This document shows, one piece after another, positions 51,251 through 64,000 of a stretch of 64,000 bases of DNA; the first letter of the stretch is position 1; each line of letters begins with the position of its first letter. This DNA is from Camelus ferus (lineage: Eukaryota): positions 46,006,001-46,070,000 of the forward strand of contig NC_045697.1 in assembly GCF_009834535.1 (NCBI RefSeq), in the 5' to 3' direction. The position numbers and the translations under genes were made by a program. The notes beneath the pieces were generated by a model. It made no database searches. It was not told the origin of the DNA and saw nothing but the letters and a program-made list of their open reading frames with translations.

Positions 51251-54114
51251 AAAATTGGAATGCCATAAATGTATAAATTTTAAGTGATGTAGACAATCTC
51301 TAGGATATCACTGACTTTTTTTTAATTAATGAGTATATTCTGAAATGTTTTAAAAAGCATTTTGGACATTATGTTTAAATGCAATGTAATTGTTTAATTT
51401 AAGAGAATAGAAAGAAAGGAGAGAAAAATCCTATACACTCCTAATACAGCAACAATATTAATAATAATAATACCATTTACTTAGGGCATCCTACATGCCA
51501 GGCACTGTCCTAAGTGCCAACAACAGATTACATCTTTAACTAGCAGTTGTGCTAAAATTAACAACCACCAACACTTTGATATTATCTAATGTCTAAAAAG
51601 ACATGAAAATTCAAATAGCCTAAGAACAAGAAGAAATCCACATCACTTAAGACATTCTGATAAGGGACATAAATCTCAGTATTCTCTATTATCTAGAGAG
51701 TTCTATAAGTCCATCCTGAAAAAGGCATAATTATGGATGAACTGAACACAAGAAAAGGCTTGGAAAAGTTCCAGCCACTTGCTATGTATGGAAAATATGT
51801 ATTTGCTTTAGTATGATAATATTTATTAAAACTTTACTATGTGCCAGCCCTGTTCCAAACACATACTTTACCTTCATGGTTTCATTTAATCATGACTACA
51901 AATCCACTTGTAAAGTAGCACTAGTATAATTTATTCATAATATAGAGACAATGAATCTAAGTGGATTGGCCAAAGTCTTAAAGATGAAAATAGCAACACA
52001 ACTTACTACTCTTGCTTGCCCACAAAGAGAAAGCAGATGTGGATCATGGTTTGAAGGACCACATGGAATTCACTATGAAAGTTAATTTTTTTGGTTTTTT
52101 GTGTCTATTCGGAAAAAATATATGTCAAATTGTGAAAGGGAACAGCACAAATAAAGGAGCAAAGGTGGAGTGGTGGGGAGCGGGCAAATTCCAAGAAGTA
52201 GAGGCAAGGAGATTGGGTTCTGTGTGGGAAAAAACTGCACATTGATTTGACAGTTGTGAGGGACCCAGTAAGGAGAGTAGAGGAAAGGAAGCCGACCAGA
52301 GGAGGAAAATTGGTAGGAAGGCTTTAAATGCTTGGCTAAAGAGTTTGAAAAGGTAGTACTCATGTCCTTGAATGAGAGAAGGTACAGTGAAAATGACTGG
52401 GTGATGATCATGTACTACTGAACAAAATGTGTCTTTACTGTTAAAGCCTCCAGAGAGCTTATTTTTATTATCTTAGGTCTGAAGTCCTCCTCCGTCATGA
52501 TTTCATCACTTTCAAGAAACTGTAAAGCACCTAAGGAATCTTTGGGTTCACTAAACTATAGCACTTTGATTACAAGGACCTATGTTGTTCTGTTATGATC
52601 CATTGTGATTATGCCTTCTTAGTGGAAATTTCATTAAATCTACCATTCGGTCAATGGCTCTTTGATGAAGTAACCTCTAAAACATCTAAAGTTAAACAAT
52701 CATGAAAATATTTTCTGTCAGTCAATCTAGTAAAGTGTTCCAACTCAAAACACCAGGGATGATTTTCAACAACTTAGTTTTTCTATGAATATTGAAAGAA
52801 AAAAAATGAAAATTTATAAACTCGGCCTTGTTTTTCACAGAAAGGCTTGAATGACAGTAAGCCTAATTCAACTGTATTTTTCTTAACTTTCATTTTAAGT
52901 TCAAAAGCACTTTCAGACTTGTGCCTGAGAAACTGCAATGAAAGGATGGCAACAAAGAAATTAATGAGCTCCAGCAAGTCTCTATTACCTATTGCATAGT
53001 CTTTGTTATAATGGGGAAATACTTTGTTTTGGATAACATGCATTCCTACTTAAACTCCTCGATTTTTAAAGATTGAAACCTAAATTTAGCACCCAATCCC
53101 AGAAATTCCATCCTTTGCCAAAGGACCAGCAAGGATTATGTCTATTCACAACACAACTCCAAAATGTAAGAGAAAAGAAGCACATGCTATGTAAGAATAA
53201 CAAAGTATATACCACATTTAGCTTAGTTTACTGAGTTAAGAAATGGCATAATGTAAAAATAAGAGTCATCGGAATGTAGAGAAAATCTAAACATCAGTAT
53301 CTCTTTGAAATAAGCAGACCTTGGTATTATAGTTACCTGGCAGAAGTATGTAAAACAATTTCAGATTAAACTTTCTACTTTTCTATTTCCAAATATTCAG
53401 CAATACACCATGATAACTGGGAAAGTGAGTGGGAAACATATTTTTGGTATTTTGACACAGTAAGAAGAGGAATGCCTTATTATGTTAATGAGATGCTAAA
53501 CATTAAGAACTTGAACTCTATTCAAATGGACTTAAGACACCACCATATTGCAAGAAAGAAAAACATACAATCACTCTAGAAAGATAAGAGATTTGTGTCT
53601 GATGTTGCCCCATTGCTTGTGAAGTTTCTGTGGATTGCAGATGAGGACTACTGCTTAATCATCAGCCCAGGAGAGCTCTTTTGTGCTTTGTAATAATGAC
53701 CACACTGAACTTCTTTAAAATATTTCTTGTGTTGAGATCACTGGACTTCCACACTGTCTCAGTTATTCTAAAGAGCAGGAGTTCTGGTTCCACAGCATCT
53801 CTGTCATGGAGACAAGATGTGATCATGTATCGTAACTCCAGAGTGTTCCCCTGGCCTACACCTGACAGTGTAAAGAGGGAAAGACCAAGTATCAGAGGGA
53901 ACTGCTCCCAGAACAGGTGTCCACACCTGGTAAATGTTTGAAAACCACTGTGCTGTGGGATAGATCATGGACATAATAGCCACAGCCATTTGAAACAGAA
54001 AAAACTTGGGCTCTCAGTGACTCTATAAGGTACTTCTAACAATTTCACTGAAAGTTCCCTCAACCTTTTTGCCAACCTGGAAATCAGGCTCCACCCTAAA
54101 ACATCACTTCCCTC

Positions 54115-54545
54115 ACCCCTATAATGCCCTTTCCCCTTCCCTCTCCCTACTAGTAAGCACCAGCTTGTTCTCAATATCTGTGAGTTTGTTTCATTTTTGC
54201 TATATTCACTAGTTTGCTGTATTTTTTAGATTCCACATATAAGTGATAACATACAGTGTCTTTCTCTGTCTGACATTTCACTTAGCATAATACCCTCCAG
54301 GTCCATCCATGTTGTTGCAAATGGTAAAATTGTATTCTTTTTATGTGTGTGTGTGTATCACATCTTCTTTATCCGTTCATCTGTTGATGGACACCCAGGT
54401 TTCTTCCATATCTTGTCAACTGTAAATAATGCTGCTACAAACATTTGGGTACATGTGTATTTTCAAATTAGCTTTTTTTCCCCCAGATATATACCCAGGA
54501 GTGGAATTGCTGGGTCATATGGTAGTTCTATTTTTGGTTTTAGAA
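54115..54545 (-). mobile_element. L1 3' UTR fragment
   Basis: Motifs ttagattccacatataagtgataacatacagt and gagtggaattgctgggtcatatggtagttcta. Confidence 0.85.
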
Positions 54546-57500
54546 AGGTACTTTTTCATGCTAATGTAATAACACAATTCAAGGCAATTTTTTTGAAGCA
54601 CTATACAAATTCAGAGCAGCTAAAATCACTTCTAACTCAGGGGATTCAAAGAAAATGTAAAGGATACCATGGCCTTTGCAGTAAATTTGAAGTATTGAGA
54701 CAAGAATCTGGGGCTCTGAATAAATGTCCATGCAAATGACTCATGTGTGCTAAAGTTTGAAGGTGAAAATCACAAGCTACGTTCAGTGATGTGTGACCAG
54801 GTAAATTGCATTATAGTGCAGGATATGTGTAACAAGAGGGAAAATGATACGGTATGATTTGTCAACTTAAGAAACTTCGGCTGTGTTCTTCAAGCAGAGG
54901 AGAGTCAAAGGAAGGGTTTGGAAAGAAGTAATCATCAGAACAGTAGTTTAGAAGATTACTCTGACAGCAGTAAAAGACTAGAGGGGTAGCAGGAATGTCT
55001 CTTAGATCCGGAAGAAATGAAGCAAGGGGAGTTTGAACCCGAGAATAGCTGTAGGAGAGATGGATTCAAGAAACCTTTGGAGAGGGATTTTAGAGAGGAG
55101 CAACTGATTTCAAGTTCAATGCATATTTTTTTACCCTTAAATAAAATTCAGAAGATTTTCATATTAAGAAATACAACAATGTGGTTGGTTTTTTAATGAC
55201 ACTTTGCTGGTACTTAATAAACTAATGAGGCACTGACTTAAAGGTTACAAAAAAAATCAAATAAGATTTCTGGGGAAATTAAGAAATGACATCTTTAAAA
55301 CTCTAGAGACAAGGTGGAAACAAGCTGCTTCTCTGAGTATATTTAGCACCTCCAAAATATGCACTGACCTCTATAGGATTCCTCAGAGGAGAAACTTGAT
55401 CTATTTTAAACCAACATCTTCTTTCCAGCCTCTGAGTACGATGTCAGAGATCATCAAGTACTAAAGCATTTTTGTAGCCATAGTAATAATACAACCCCAG
55501 TCACAACCAAGCCAACACAGAAAGGGGGAAAAAGATCACTAGACGTCACTTAACACTCTAGAAATAGCATTAAAAGAAGGGATGCCAATTCCACTAAGGG
55601 CTAATTCACTCGTTGAACTTGGCTCTGCTTCTCCAGGATATCAAACATTCTCTGACTATGGATAAATTAATCATGATAATTACAATAAAAGATGTTTTGG
55701 TCCATCTTCCCCAATGACACTTATCAAATCAATAAACTTAATCACTCAGCAATAATTTAACAAAACCAGGATAGGCACTGTGCTAGGCCCTAAAAGTGCA
55801 ACAAAAAATAAAGCCTGGTCCTTTATATGTATTATAAGGATATTATAAGTTAGGCATGGGAGGCAGAGGGCCTTGACTAGTAGTTGGTTGAGTGAAGGAA
55901 AGGGAGGAGATGAACTAAGCAGATTTGAGAAACATGTTTGTAAATAAATGAAGAAAATACAACTTAATAGGAGCTGTGATAAAATTTTAAAGGAGCTATG
56001 ATAAAAATATTTACAGAGTGGGATATAGGTGAGAAAAATTGGATCTGTGTGTGAAGGACAGACTTAATAGAAAGAATGCAAGAATGTCTCAAGAAATCAG
56101 AAAATAATTTTGTCTTCTCTAACAGAATGAGTTAGGGCTGGATGATCTGTGAGATCACGTCTAGCTTCAAATTTCTGTTATATTCTATTATAACAAATAT
56201 TTATTAAGTGTTTGGGTTTAACCTAAGGAAGTCTCTGAGAAGAGGGAGAAAGAAGAGAATCATTCCCCAACAGTGCGCTTTGCCCTAAGGAAATGCATAT
56301 TGTACTAGATTATTTTATGCCCACAAATCTCAGCATGCTTGGCAAGACTATCACATTGTGTTAGTGTGTCGAAAAATGTGTATTTCCCACCTCCTCTGCT
56401 ATTCAAAATTGTCTCTTTCCCTCTCCCTCCCTTTCCACTTCCCTCCACCACCACTACCCACCCAATACATCCACATCTACGCAGCAGTTTAATTTTTAAA
56501 TATGAAAGCAGATAAGATGGATATTATTTTTAGGAAAATTCAGATAAAGCTAACCCTAGCCAAATGATCTGAACACTAAATATATTAACGCCTTAGAATA
56601 TATTTATGAAGAAAAAAGGAGAAGCTTATATAAATAGAAGCTGTTACCATTTGCCAAAATAATGTGGTTAACATTAGCCAAAGGCACACAAAAATGTTAA
56701 TTTCAATAACCAAGAGTGAATATTTCTGGCAAATTCAGTGTTTCAGCAGGAAACACATTAAATAAACTTATTTTAATGAACATAGCACAAACATGTTATT
56801 GTGTGACCATATTAAAGGACCCCCAGCTGCTGCCTTTTCTATCAGGACCTCATTAACGTGTTTATTTCTCAGATTCTTCTTACTTTTCTCCTAAACTTCT
56901 ACTTTTCCATGTCCATTCAGAATATCTACTATCATATATAATTACTGGCCCACATATTCTTTTTCAAAATTGTTGCTATTCTCAGAATTTCAAATTTCTT
57001 CAGAAACTGTTTCCTCCTAGGGCACGTCAGTGTCAGTGTCTGTGATTTGCATTATAGGACATTGAAACAGAGGTGAGGGCAGTAACACAACTGAAATGGC
57101 TGTGAGTGAGTCTGTGATAAAATTTTATCACATAAAATGTGGCTCTGTCTGCATGCTTATCAATAACCGAATGCATTAATAATGATAACTTAGGTCTGTT
57201 TATGATACCTTATGTAATGCACTATGCTTCCTAATTTTTTTCCCCTTTCCACTTACTATTTACTGTATGAGTCAGTTATTGGATTTTGAGGGGTTTTGTA
57301 ACTGGCTGATAATAAAAATTGATTGCAAAGTACTCTGAGATCCTTTCACAATAACTGCTCTGGAGAGCAAAACAGTTTTTCATTCCATGTTCTTTTATAA
57401 TGTTTCCCAGTAGATCACATATTCCAGAAAGAGTGTACGCGTAGTATAAATTTCTGAATTTTTTAAAAATGTAGTTTAAGAATATTGTCCCTCACTTTAA

Positions 57501-59198
57501 TTAAAAATCTGATATTTGCCTTAAAATATTACTGCAAGGGCAGCTATCAAGAAGATGTATGTGACTCTCGGCAATCATTCTGATTAACCCAAATCACTCA
57601 AAGTTTTCAAATAACTGTTAGTACACAGGATGGAAATCTAATTTTTAATTTAAAACACACTGAAAATACACTAAGTAATTTAAAACTACTGATTTCTGGA
57701 AGTCTATCCTGCATAATTATTTAAGAGTGAAGAATTATATTTATGAAATACTTGCATACTTTCTATTAAAGGCCTATATAATTTATTGACCATTATAATA
57801 TACATGATTACATAACTAATTTGTTCCTCCACATGTTAATCAATCTTAATTAATAGAATTTTTAGGCTAATATAATTTTTTATGTAGGTCTTTGGACACT
57901 AACAGAAAAAAGTAATCAAACCTTTTGTTGAGTCAAGAAAAAAACTACTCAAAAGACAATTTTCCTGAGAAGCGAACAATTAATAGATACAGTGCTGACC
58001 TGGGTTCTAGAAAATCAAGGTCCAGTTATATTTATTTATTTATTTGGGAACCATAGTCAAATCCTATAGCTCCTTTATATCTTTCTTTATTGAGAGACAG
58101 TGATAATAAATTAGAGCTCCAAGTCATAAACAGTGAAAGTTAATTAAGAGAAATGAGCTACATAAAACAGAGGCCATGTTTTCTGCTTTTTATTTTAAAT
58201 CATGAGCTCTTCAATCCATGGGCTCTCTACCTGAGACATCAGATGACAGCTGGCCTCTGATCACTGTTCAGGTGCTTCGTCCAGAACCAATTGCTCTAAT
58301 TTATACACCGTGTTCCAACCAGTTTCTGACCTTTCTATTACTAAGGAAATTTGTTATTCTTCCACTTACAATCTAACTTTGCCCTTCCACCCCATATTTT
58401 ACCTGGCTTTCCCAATTATGAATGGCCATTGCATCTGGCCTGGAGATGGATTTTTCTTCAATGTTGCTTCATCTTTTCCTAAGGAATGCATTTATTCCAG
58501 CATCCTGTGGGTGGCGCTCCTGCCTGGGTCTCCCCAGCCGGAAAGCCGGATCCAATGTTTGCTTCTCCTGCGTCTGCCAACGGTGCCCGGTAGGAACAGC
58601 TTTATCCACAGGTGAAAGCCGTAACATGGTGTGGTTTGAAGGGCATCAAGCCTGCCAGCCAAAACTCCCCTGGCAGCCTACCTGAAATTCCAGCCAAGGA
58701 TCATTAGTGTTGCTCCTTAAAATAACTTTGTTGTTTTGAATCTGAATCTTTCTTTCCCCGGCTCTTACCTTTTCCAATTGAAATAATTGTTTTCCTACAT
58801 GATTATTAAGAACTCAAACTTTCTTATGATTTCAACAGTTGTGTTATAGCAAAACAGAGGGTGCTTGGTAAGCAAAGTTTTATGTTTCTTATAATCAGTT
58901 TATCTCCCTTTTATTCTACATTAGTATTTAGAAAGAAAAAAGTATTAAAAATAAGTTTGCCTCCTCACTAAGGACAAGAGATTGTACTCACACAAGAGGA
59001 GAGTGGCCCGGGGATGTTGGTAACAGAAGTGATGGAAACTGTAACCAGAATGAGAAAAATCCAAGCAAACGGACACATAGGGAACATTCCTCACCAGATG
59101 ATTCTTCTTTCTAAAACCTAGGAAGTTCTGAGTTTTCCTTTCACTCTGGAGGTCCTTTTTCTTATAAATGCCTTCTGAGCAGAAGTAGATTTTTAACA

Positions 59199-59308
59199 AG
59201 ATTAAGCCCTTTGTTGCCTGGAACAAAGGACACATTAATTAGTAAATGCATCATTAAAGATGCATTTAATTAATTCAGCTACTGACAGCAGCACAGCATT
59301 TCCCGGAA
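59199..59308. promoter_or_regulatory. Candidate enhancer (motif cluster)
   Basis: AGATTA, inverted CCTTTGTT/AACAAAGG pair, TAAATGCATC/GATGCATTTA inverted repeat and TTCCCGGAA within 110 bp. Confidence 0.35.
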
Positions 59309-62237
59309 CAAATGGAGACCTAGCCATGTTGATTTGGGGTGGGGAGGGGTGAGCAGTCAAAGGAGCGAGCCCAGTCCAGGTGAGCAGCCAGGGATCAACA
59401 TGGGAGTACAGTGTGATAGGGGTGTTGGCAGGAAATCACCAACATGACTGGGAGATGCGTAAATGAGGGGCAGAGGAGACCAAAGGGGACCAAAGAGCTT
59501 TTTTTTTTTCAGAGCTTTAAAAAATGTTTATTGAAAATCATAGCACACCTAAAGAAAAATACCCAGAATGATTTATATCAAAGTGAATACCCATATTACT
59601 TCCCCCAAGGACAAGAAATATTTCCAGTACCCTCCCAAATCCTTTTTCTCCTTCTACTTGCTACTTCCTCTCTGCCTTACTAAAATGTTAGTTATTCCGA
59701 TTTTTTGCACCAATCACTCCTCCCTCAAAGGGAGAGCTTAACCAGGTTTAGAGTTAAATTGTGAAAATGTGTGCTCCTGGCAGAAGAGAGGGAATAACCA
59801 TGGAAACATACACATAGGAGGATGTCTCAGAAAGAGTAGTTAATACTTACTCCCAGCCCAGCCCAGCCCAGCCCAGTATTTCCATGGCCTGGAGCCCATC
59901 CTCCCTTCTCTTCTCTTCCCTGATGTGCATGCATATGGACACCCTAGCCCAAAGGTTTAATCTGGGTCCACACCTGGCCTGACCACCCCTCAGGCAGGGT
60001 CCCTATACCTGCAGTGTGGAGTCCCTGTTAACAGGGAATTCTGGAATCCCAGTCCCCAAAGCCCATCTAAACAGGAAAGGATCCAGATCTGGGTGGACTT
60101 GTTCTTTTGGCTACTTAACTCTTCATATTAGGAGGGGCAGGGCAAGAAAAGGAGGATACATTTAAAAATACAGGGTCAGGGTTTCCGCTATCTCCTTGTC
60201 ACCCTCCACCATGAGGAGGCAGATTGATTGTGAACAGGGCTGAAGCACTGAAGGGCAGTTTATAAAGTGGCCCATATCCCATAATGGGACTGCGACCAAG
60301 AACATTTGCCACCACAACTGGGCTACAGCCTCACTGGTCCCCGTGTACATTGGTCATTTTTTTTCTTAAACGAGGAAAGAAAAACATGGACTAGTATCCA
60401 ACAGTTTTTCAAGAGCAACAAAATATCCTGTCAGTCCTCTCTATTCAGACTGGAGGGAATTTCCAGCCACTTAAAATTATGACACCACACTGAAAATTGC
60501 CCAATGTCACATTTCCACTGCTGATTTTCCTGTAAAGCTGTATGCACACACAATTTTCACATAAGGTGACTTTCAAAACTTAGTTTAAGGCATGTACAGG
60601 ACTTTATTAACACCACTTAGAAAAGAAGGGAACATCTCTATGAGTGAGAAAGCATTCTGTAAGTGTGCAAATATGTGTAAAATTTCTGATTTCTCCAGAA
60701 GAAAGGTCAAATATGTTAACCTTTGCTCTCTGGATCATAGAAGAAAAAATCAAGTTAACAGCTTAAAACTAATGTTTCATTTTACAGATGGGGAAACTGA
60801 ATTCTTACAAGTTTAGACATCTAGACCCAGCACTTTGCCCATTCGTAGTATGTACTTATAAATATTTGTTGGATGATGGAAATAATACCCAAAGCCAGAG
60901 ATAGTGACAGAGCCAGCCTTAGAAACCAAAAGGACTCCTGATTCCTGGTCAGTTGTTTTGACATTACTCATCCTCACATTTTCCTGAGCCATAGTCAGCA
61001 GTGCAATAAGACATAATTGTAGTCATGTAGGTGCAAAACCCAATAAGAAAAATAATGCACTTCCAATCACAGAAATGCATCTTTGTACACTTCTACGTAA
61101 AGGAAACCTAGTGCCAATCCTTTTAAAGGGTAAAACAAAGTGTTGGTATATGTTGCTCCTTGGGCACAGGACCCTGGCAAAAAGGAAGCTATTCTTCTGC
61201 TCACATGGGGTTAGAAAAAGTGTTTTAACTTCTTTAGCCCAGATGCATCAAAAAAAAAAAAAAAAAAAAGTACTGAAGTATATCCAAGTGTTCCTAAAAC
61301 TCTTTCTTCTAAAGAATTACTAGACAAAAATCTGGCCTACTATAACTTCCTAGGTACCTTAGCAAATGGCCAGTGCTGATTTTATTTTATAGCATTGAAT
61401 ATTTTATCTAAATTCAATAGCTACTTGAGATGTAGAACTGAGAACTGGATTCAGTGAGTCTTCTATTAAGTCTATTGTTTTTAAAAATACAATTACAGAT
61501 CTACTGAAAACATGGAATCATTCCCTACCAAACCAATGTGCCAAATGTAATTCCATCTGTTTGATAGTTTGACATTTTAGGTCTGGAAAAGCCCAGGCTG
61601 AAAGACGGCAAAGAGCAGGGAAATTTTCTTTCAGAAGTGACGCAGCTCTCTTAGAACAGAGCTTTAGGAAAGCAGAATCCAAAACCGCTGTGACTAATAC
61701 ATTTTTCAGATTTATTAAGTAAAAAGGCTCAGAGGCAGAAGAGAGGCACGAGGCAAACAGAACTGGCGCCGGCGTCAGCTCCTCAGGATCCCTTACAATG
61801 CTCTAAGGTTATTCTCATAGCTGGGCAAGAATGAGGAGTGGTAAATGTGTAACTCACTGGCAAGACAATACTTTCTGAAAATAGTATTTTCTACTGAGTT
61901 ATCAACAAAAAAGATGGATATAAGGGTTACACCAACTGTTTCTCTGGATATGGTGCACCTGTTTAAAAAAGAAAAAAGCCTAAAGGATTTCTTCTCCTAT
62001 TTCACATCCCTTGACCTTTTCAATCATTCACTTCACAATGCTAATAAGCATCTGGGACATACCAACGTTTAAATGAATCTGTATTTTGGAAGTATATTGG
62101 ATATTTCTTCATTCAGACAAAATAAGGTTCTTTTCAAAAATGTTTCCTTATTTTGCACAGGAATAACTGAAAAATCTATGTTGAAAGGGCTGGATACTTA
62201 ATATTAAAAGTGTGTGATTGTTGCCTCAGAAATCATG

Positions 62238-63950
62238 CTTTTTTTGGTCACAGCTTTATTGAAGTATAATTTACATACCAGACAATTTACAAATTTAGAG
62301 TGTACACCTCAATGGTTTTTAGTGAATTCAAAGAGCTATGCAACAAATCACCAGAATTAGTTTTTACAACATTTTATCACTTCCCAGAGAAATCCTGTAT
62401 CCTTTAGTCATCACCCCCATGCAGCCAACCGCCCACCACCAGTCCTAGGCAACCACTAATTTAATTTCTGTCTCTGTAGATTTGCCTATTCTGAACAATT
62501 TATGTAAATGGAATCTCAAAAGTGATGATATTTGGTGATTGACTTCTTTCTCTTAGCATGTGGTTCATCCATGTTATAGCATGTATGTCATACCTATTTT
62601 GGGCTGAATAATATTCCAGTTTGTGGTTATACCACATTTTATTCATTCATTAGTGGTTGGACATTTGGGTTATTCCACCCTTTGGCTACTTTGAATAATG
62701 CTGCTATGAAAATAAGTGTACATATCTTTGTATATATATGTTTTCATTTCTTTTGAGTAATATACCTGGAAGTAGAATTCATGGGTCATATAATAACTCC
62801 ATGCTTAACTTTTTGAAGAACTGCCACGCTGGTTTCCAAAATGGCTGCACCATTTTACAGTTCCACCAGCATTGTATGAGGATTCCAATTTCTTCATACC
62901 CTCATCAACACTTGTTATCTGACTTTTTATGATAGCCATCCTAGTGGCTTCACTCTTTTGATAGTGTTCTTTCAAGTACAAAAGCTGTATGTAAGTTTTG
63001 ATAAAGTCCAGTTAATCACTTTCTTTTGTTGCTCATAAGCATACCTAAGGAATCACTGCTAAATCTAAGGTCATGAAGATTTATCCCTATGTTTTCTTTT
63101 AAGACTTTTATAGTTACAGATTTTCTGTTTTAAGTCTTTATTACACTTCAAGATAATTTTTATATGCAATATGAGGTAGTAGTCCAACTTTTCTTTTCAA
63201 GGTGGATATCCAGTAGTCCCACAGACATTTGTTGAAAAGACTCTTCTTTCCTCATTGAATGGTCTTGGCACCTTTTTTGAAAGTCAATTGACCATAGATA
63301 TGTTGGAGTTTTTTCTACAGATCTATATGTCAATCTTCATGCCAATACTATCTGTCTTAATTATTGTTCCTTTGTAGTAGTAAGCTTTGAAATTGGAAAA
63401 TTCAAGTCCTCCAAGTTTGTTCTTTTTCAAAGTTGCTTTGGCTATTTTGAGTACTTTGGATTTCTATAAGCATTTTAGGATCAGCATGTCAGTTTCTGCA
63501 AAAAAGCCAGCTGGGATTCTGATAGGGATTGTGTTGAATCTGTGGATCAGTTTGGGGAATATTGCCATCTTAACAATATTAAGTTTTTCAATCCATGAAC
63601 ACAGGATGTCTTTCCATTTATTTAGATCATTAGTTTCTTTCAACAATATTTTGTAGTTTTCAGAGTATGAATTTCACACCTTTTTGTTAAATTTATTCCT
63701 AAGCATTTTATTATTTTTGATGCTGTTAAATGAGTGAAATTGTTTTTTGTTTTTGTATTGTTCATTGCAAGAGTATAGAAATATATACTCTTATATGTAC
63801 ATACAATATATAGATTTTTATATGTTTATCTTATATGACACAACCCAACTGAATTTGTTCATTAGGTCTAATAATTTTTTAGTGGATTCCTTAGTTTTTC
63901 TGTATACAAGATCATGTCATTGCAAATAGAGATAGTTTTACTTCTTACTA
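62238..63950 (-). mobile_element. L1MB-like 3' UTR and ORF2 fragment
   Basis: 3' end gctttattgaagtataatttacatacc. ORF2 peptide DLNKWKDILCSWIEKLNIVKMAIFPKLIHRFNTIPI within ORF 63464-63646. Confidence 0.88.
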
Positions 63951-64000
63951 ATGCTTTTTAAATAATAATTCACCACATTTTAGCCTTAAATGAAATCATT

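Noticed and set aside
57045..57052. Isolated octamer ATTTGCAT (another ATGCAAAT at 54730)
   Set aside because: Single 8-mers without a convincing adjacent SOX site are expected by chance in AT-rich DNA.
372..63929. Remaining 60-155 aa ORFs in the track
   Set aside because: Most overlap L1, LTR or other repeats, or are chance frames with no recognisable protein similarity.
50330..64000. FGF5 exons expected from synteny
   Set aside because: No FGF-like coding sequence was recognised. The gene presumably lies beyond the right edge.

Overview
This is mammalian, not prokaryotic, DNA, and most likely from a camelid (alpaca, llama or camel), judging by tRNA-Ala-derived vic-1-type SINEs and camelid-type L1 3' ends. 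The window holds the 5' end of CFAP299 (C4orf22) on the minus strand: a CpG-island promoter near 49-50.3 kb, coding exon 1 (49987-50097) and coding exon 2 (33092-33222, missed by the ORF track). Positions 1-33091 are intron 2. Positions ~50.3-64 kb are upstream intergenic DNA, which by conserved mammalian synteny faces FGF5 (not in the window). The rest is mostly transposon-derived: L1 fragments of several ages, MIR/L2/CR1 relics, a cluster of solo ERV1 LTRs, an ancient two-LTR ERVL provirus and a POLR2K processed pseudogene. The most unusual item is a chimeric retroposon in which Y3 RNA nt 1-61/62 is fused to a full-length SINE inside one target-site duplication (TSD). Other notable items are a tail-less internal L1 endonuclease fragment inside a MIR, nested or inverted L1/LTR insertions, an unidentified poly(A)-tailed retrocopy, and a dense SOX/POU/STAT motif cluster that may be an enhancer. 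I found no evidence for a new multi-gene system. Repeat subfamily names come from memory of consensus sequences, and boundaries without a TSD are approximate.
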